This document shows, piece by piece, positions 60,400-64,000 of a DNA stretch of 64,000 nt. The position numbers were made by a program, and so were the translations under genes. The notes beneath the pieces were generated by a model that saw nothing but the letters and a program-made list of their open reading frames with translations, did no database searches and was not told where the DNA came from. The stretch comes from Candidatus Thorarchaeota archaeon (GTDB taxonomy: Archaea > Asgardarchaeota > Thorarchaeia > Thorarchaeales > Thorarchaeaceae). How positions within the stretch are numbered: the first letter of the stretch is position 1; each line of letters opens with the position of its first letter. The stretch is taken from positions 91,908 through 155,907 of the forward strand of contig DXJO01000046.1 in NCBI GenBank assembly GCA_019057475.1. The letters are read 5' to 3'.

Positions 60400-60927
60400 A
60401 TGGATGAATCGAACCGATGGCAGCTGATTTTCGTTACAATTGTTGTGGTGGGATTCTTCGTGATTGCTCTGCTCTTCCTGACTATGCCTGACGCGGTGCT
60501 AGGAAACGGTCTACGTATGCTCTCAATCTTCCTAGGCATGCTTGCAGGTTTTTCGCTGGGAGAGTACTTTAAAATCAGGAATAACAAGAAGACTGGAGAG
60601 GATCTTCTTATGGACATAGCCGAGGAGATCCGTATCAATGAAACCCTGCTTGATAATGAAGTGCAACTCAGGAAGGGGTTCTGGATCCTAGGAATTCGGT
60701 CTGGACTGGCTCGTTACCTACCTCGAGAGGAAAGAAGGATGCTCTGGGAGATCTACAGCAATATCACGCACTACAACGACGAGATTCAGACGATTCACTA
60801 TGCACGTCTAGGTCAGACTTCCTTCAAGCCAACTCCAGAGCTTGCGCAAGAGATTAGTCGCCTTCGCGACCTTATCAGGGCGCTAATCCGTGATTTTCTT
60901 CAATACAAGGGACTGACACAGAGCTAA
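60400..60927 (+). CDS. Hypothetical protein with two N-terminal TM helices
   Basis: AGGTGA ribosome-binding site; coherent 175-aa ORF. Confidence 0.7.
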   Translation: MDESNRWQLIFVTIVVVGFFVIALLFLTMPDAVLGNGLRMLSIFLGMLAGFSLGEYFKIRNNKKTGEDLLMDIAEEIRINETLLDNEVQLRKGFWILGIRSGLARYLPREERRMLWEIYSNITHYNDEIQTIHYARLGQTSFKPTPELAQEISRLRDLIRALIRDFLQYKGLTQS

Positions 60928-60945
60928 GCCTGAGCCTACAAGCCA

Positions 60946-60980
60946 AGAAAAAGGGGGGGAGAAGCCCCGTAATCTTCTCC
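60946..60980 (-). terminator. Hairpin plus U-tract
   Basis: GGAGAAG-ccccgtaat-CTTCTCC, preceded on the + strand by an A-tract, between convergent genes. Confidence 0.45.
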
Positions 60981-62782
60981 TAGACTGATTTCCTAACGCG
61001 GTTCGTTCTCACACAAACTGCTCCTATCGCAACAACCCCAATCGCGGCTACTGCCCACGAGGCGTTCATGAGATCGTTGATCAGGTTCGATACATCACCG
61101 GGACGTTGAGCTGGGTACGCAGCAAATACTGGATCATGGATTACCGCGTATCCATCCCAGTTGGAATAGCAGGAACTGTAGTAATAGGTCGCCATCATCC
61201 AGCTGCCAGTGTCGTATGAGAGTTCGGAAGCTGGAACACCCTCAACGTAAGGCGCGGCATAGAAGTACATCGGCATCACAGCTGTGCCGACATCATAGGT
61301 TGCACCGTCGTAACCCCAGACATACGTACCGCCGAACTCCACAGTGGTACGCACTACTTCTTCTTCCTCGAAGTAAAGCGTTCCAGCAGGTGCGTCATCG
61401 GCTTCAAGCAAGTCTGGAGCAACCTCGGCCCCTTGTTCGTTCTCAGCAGTCACAGTGTAGCTGGAGAATGAGCTCCAGTAGTTAAGAGCCAGACTAAGAC
61501 CTTCAGCTTCAGGTAGCATGGTGCCTGATACGGGGTCTGTGAAGTCACCGATGTGCTGGTCTATCTTTAGCACAGCTGCATCTTCAGTCACCTCAAAGCG
61601 ATACACCATCTCAAACCGATCCAATGCTACAGGAACCACCTCAGGTTCCACAAGGCTCACTTCCGGCCCACACTCATAGCACCATATAGCAAAGGGCATT
61701 GTAGACCAGAAGTCCCCCTCAATGTCCACTACTTCCGCACTCCATTCAATCTGGTTATCCGCGTTGATGTGGGGCATTACAATGTCGCCGACATCTCCTT
61801 GATTAGCGTAGAACTCGTAGACAAGCTCAGAGGCGGTTTCATTCATCCCATAGTATACCCAGTCGGTTTTGCCATCGCCATCGAAGTCATACTCATATTC
61901 GCTATATACGATGTCCATTATGCCATCGCCATCTGTGTCATTGAAGACACTCAGGCCAGCGAAGTAGTGCTCCATCCATCTGACCTCATCCTCAACGATG
62001 AACATCTCATTGACATCGTACCCATACCAAGCGTAGTCCCATGAGTAATCGTACTCGTAGGACTCGTTCATGTACGCGGCCCAGTAGTACTCCTCTGCCA
62101 AGTTCGGGATTATATCATTGGGGTCAACAGGGTCCATCTCCTCGGTGAACCACGAGTAGTTCCCCGCGTAGTAGGAGCTGCCCTCATCTTCGGAGAAGTA
62201 GAAGGATGAGTAAATGAACACTTCATCTCCAGTCATTGCTTCCGGTTCTGGCGTCCAGAAGATGTACCAAAGGGAGTCTGTTTCTTCTACTGGTTCTTCT
62301 AGAGGATCATCCGGAAGAATGTCAAGCACTGGCGTTTCAGGATCAGACATAGGCCTAGCCTCATCAGGAAGTCCCTGATTCGCCAACCAAGACATGTATG
62401 AGCCATCAGGATCAAGGATGATGGTCACGAAGAGATTGGAGAACGACCAGTTGTAAGACCAATCGGAAACGCTCTCTTCCAGAACATAGTATCCAGTCCC
62501 ATTCGTATCCTCAACATAGAAGGTGTACTCGTAGATATCATCTATGACCTGACCCCCGTAGCCAGGTTCCACGGCATCGAATGTCCAGTCTAGGTCTGAT
62601 CCGGACTCGTTCCACCACATGGATGCAACATATACTCCGGGGAGCATCTCCTCGAAGGGCTCCACAATCTGTGCCAGGGCATGCGTGCTCGGATCGGCTA
62701 GTGCTGCATTAGGTGCAATGTTGAGCAGTGCTATGCTCACAAGCAACCCCAATGCAATGAATCTTAGATCTTTGGGTTTCAC
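60980..62782 (-). CDS. Acidic secreted surface protein with C-terminal TM anchor
   Basis: Signal peptide; D/E/Y/W-rich; DxDGDG Ca-binding-like motifs; HDP motif before the TM helix. Confidence 0.75.
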   Translation of the reverse strand: MKPKDLRFIALGLLVSIALLNIAPNAALADPSTHALAQIVEPFEEMLPGVYVASMWWNESGSDLDWTFDAVEPGYGGQVIDDIYEYTFYVEDTNGTGYYVLEESVSDWSYNWSFSNLFVTIILDPDGSYMSWLANQGLPDEARPMSDPETPVLDILPDDPLEEPVEETDSLWYIFWTPEPEAMTGDEVFIYSSFYFSEDEGSSYYAGNYSWFTEEMDPVDPNDIIPNLAEEYYWAAYMNESYEYDYSWDYAWYGYDVNEMFIVEDEVRWMEHYFAGLSVFNDTDGDGIMDIVYSEYEYDFDGDGKTDWVYYGMNETASELVYEFYANQGDVGDIVMPHINADNQIEWSAEVVDIEGDFWSTMPFAIWCYECGPEVSLVEPEVVPVALDRFEMVYRFEVTEDAAVLKIDQHIGDFTDPVSGTMLPEAEGLSLALNYWSSFSSYTVTAENEQGAEVAPDLLEADDAPAGTLYFEEEEVVRTTVEFGGTYVWGYDGATYDVGTAVMPMYFYAAPYVEGVPASELSYDTGSWMMATYYYSSCYSNWDGYAVIHDPVFAAYPAQRPGDVSNLINDLMNASWAVAAIGVVAIGAVCVRTNRVRKSV

Positions 62783-62971
62783 AGCGATTTCTATCCTAAG
62801 TCCTTTTGGGCTATAGCTAATGGTAGGAAACGAAGTATAAAAGCGGTTTTCGATGAACCGTTCAGATGGGTCGGGAAAGAAGGCCTATCAGTTCTCTTTT
62901 GGGTTAGAATGGTGTTATGACTGTCCTGAACCGTTCCAAAAGATAGGATATCTTCATCTGTATTGAGGGGT

Positions 62972-63466
62972 TTATCGGGAAACCCTTCGCTTGAGGATCA
63001 CGATTTTCGTTCTTCCACTTATCTCTCGAACAACCAGACTCTTCCGTTCCAACGTGGTCAATGTCACACTCAAAGTTGACTTGCTAAGATCGGTAGCCCG
63101 ACGTAACTCATCCTGTGTCAGTCGACCGTCATTTTCCTCCAATCTGTTTATGATCCGGCGCTCAGTATTAGATAGAGTAACGACAATGACTTGTTCTTCT
63201 GGGGTTTCTTCCGATGGCGCATCATTCTGAGAAATCTCTCCCTCCAGATGTGAGATTCGCTTCTGAAGACGGAACATCATCAATACAACCACGTTGACGA
63301 CAAGCACCAAGGCTATCACGAAAGCGATTGTGGTGGCTAGGAAGACGACTTCCCGTTCAATAGGAGCTGCTGCTATCCAAATCCAAAGCGCGACTGAGAG
63401 AGCGACGACTGCGATGACAACAAGCAAAGCATCCACCTGTTTGTCCCGACCCGTCGCTCCGACCAC
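62972..63466 (-). CDS. Membrane-anchored winged-helix regulator
   Basis: Two TM helices, then LSNTERRII..L...G.LTQDEL...LSKSTLS..L..LE.K.LV.R. Confidence 0.75.
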   Translation of the reverse strand: MVGATGRDKQVDALLVVIAVVALSVALWIWIAAAPIEREVVFLATTIAFVIALVLVVNVVVLMMFRLQKRISHLEGEISQNDAPSEETPEEQVIVVTLSNTERRIINRLEENDGRLTQDELRRATDLSKSTLSVTLTTLERKSLVVREISGRTKIVILKRRVSR

Positions 63467-63488
63467 TGTATCACCAACCTTCAAGGCG

Positions 63489-63830
63489 CTAGCTACGGGC
63501 TTCTGCCTGACCTTTGAGCCAGTCCTTGTGTATAGATTGCAGATGCCCGGTATGGTAGTTGATGTGTGTGAACATAGTCGCGATAAGCTTTCGTATTGCC
63601 ATTCCGACAAAGAACGGGGGGGCTTCTCCTTCTTGAATCACTCGGGCCAACTCATCGGGAGTTGCTTTCCCCACCCATTCGAGAAATTCGTATTCTCCAG
63701 AGTCGTAATACTTGTGAATCTCCTCCAACAATGTGCCATCCCATGCACCAGATGTTCCGGGAGCATACGCTTCTCCCATGTCAGAATTCTTCAATGACCC
63801 CCTCTTGATGAGCCCATTGAGAGTATGCAC
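63489..63830 (-). CDS. DinB-family protein, apparently N-terminally truncated
   Basis: THINYHTGHL C-terminal His motif. Confidence 0.5.
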   Translation of the reverse strand: MHTLNGLIKRGSLKNSDMGEAYAPGTSGAWDGTLLEEIHKYYDSGEYEFLEWVGKATPDELARVIQEGEAPPFFVGMAIRKLIATMFTHINYHTGHLQSIHKDWLKGQAEARS

Positions 63831-64000
63831 CAGCTGTCAAGAACTTGTACATTTTGTAGGGGTTTATAGCATACTGCTCAGGATTGAGTAGTGTGGACGT
63901 TCAATGCTGATTGCTAGGACGTGCATGTAATTTGGTCGCCGCCAGTTGGACGGAGACAGAAAACGCCTGTGGAGAGGACGTGAGACTTGTCGCAGATTCA

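Overview
Archaeal chromosomal window, most likely an Asgard archaeon of the Thorarchaeota type. This is inferred from the gene families and TATA-like promoters; no marker gene is present. The flanks (1-10 kb and 43-64 kb) hold ordinary housekeeping and accessory genes: methyltransferases, AlkD-like repair protein, DUF763, TPR protein, nucleoside ABC transporter, M20 amidohydrolase, 5'-nucleotidase, subtilase, flavodoxins and a TnpB remnant. The main discovery lies between 10.1 and 43 kb. The last ~22 codons, stop codon and GAGAGAGG-N5-CCTCTCTC hairpin of the acyl-CoA dehydrogenase gene (8943-10181) recur about 17 more times downstream. All copies are in the same orientation and diverged from each other. 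They separate small blocks of 0-5 unrelated cargo genes: surface proteins including a ~3000-aa adhesin-like protein, transporters, oxidoreductases and regulators. The copy closest to the gene differs from it mostly at synonymous positions. One cargo block occurs twice together with its flanking repeat parts. No integrase, recombinase or transposase is visible inside the array. The architecture looks like an integron-like or composite-island gene-cassette array anchored on the 3' end of a protein-coding gene. No rRNA, tRNA or CRISPR array was seen.
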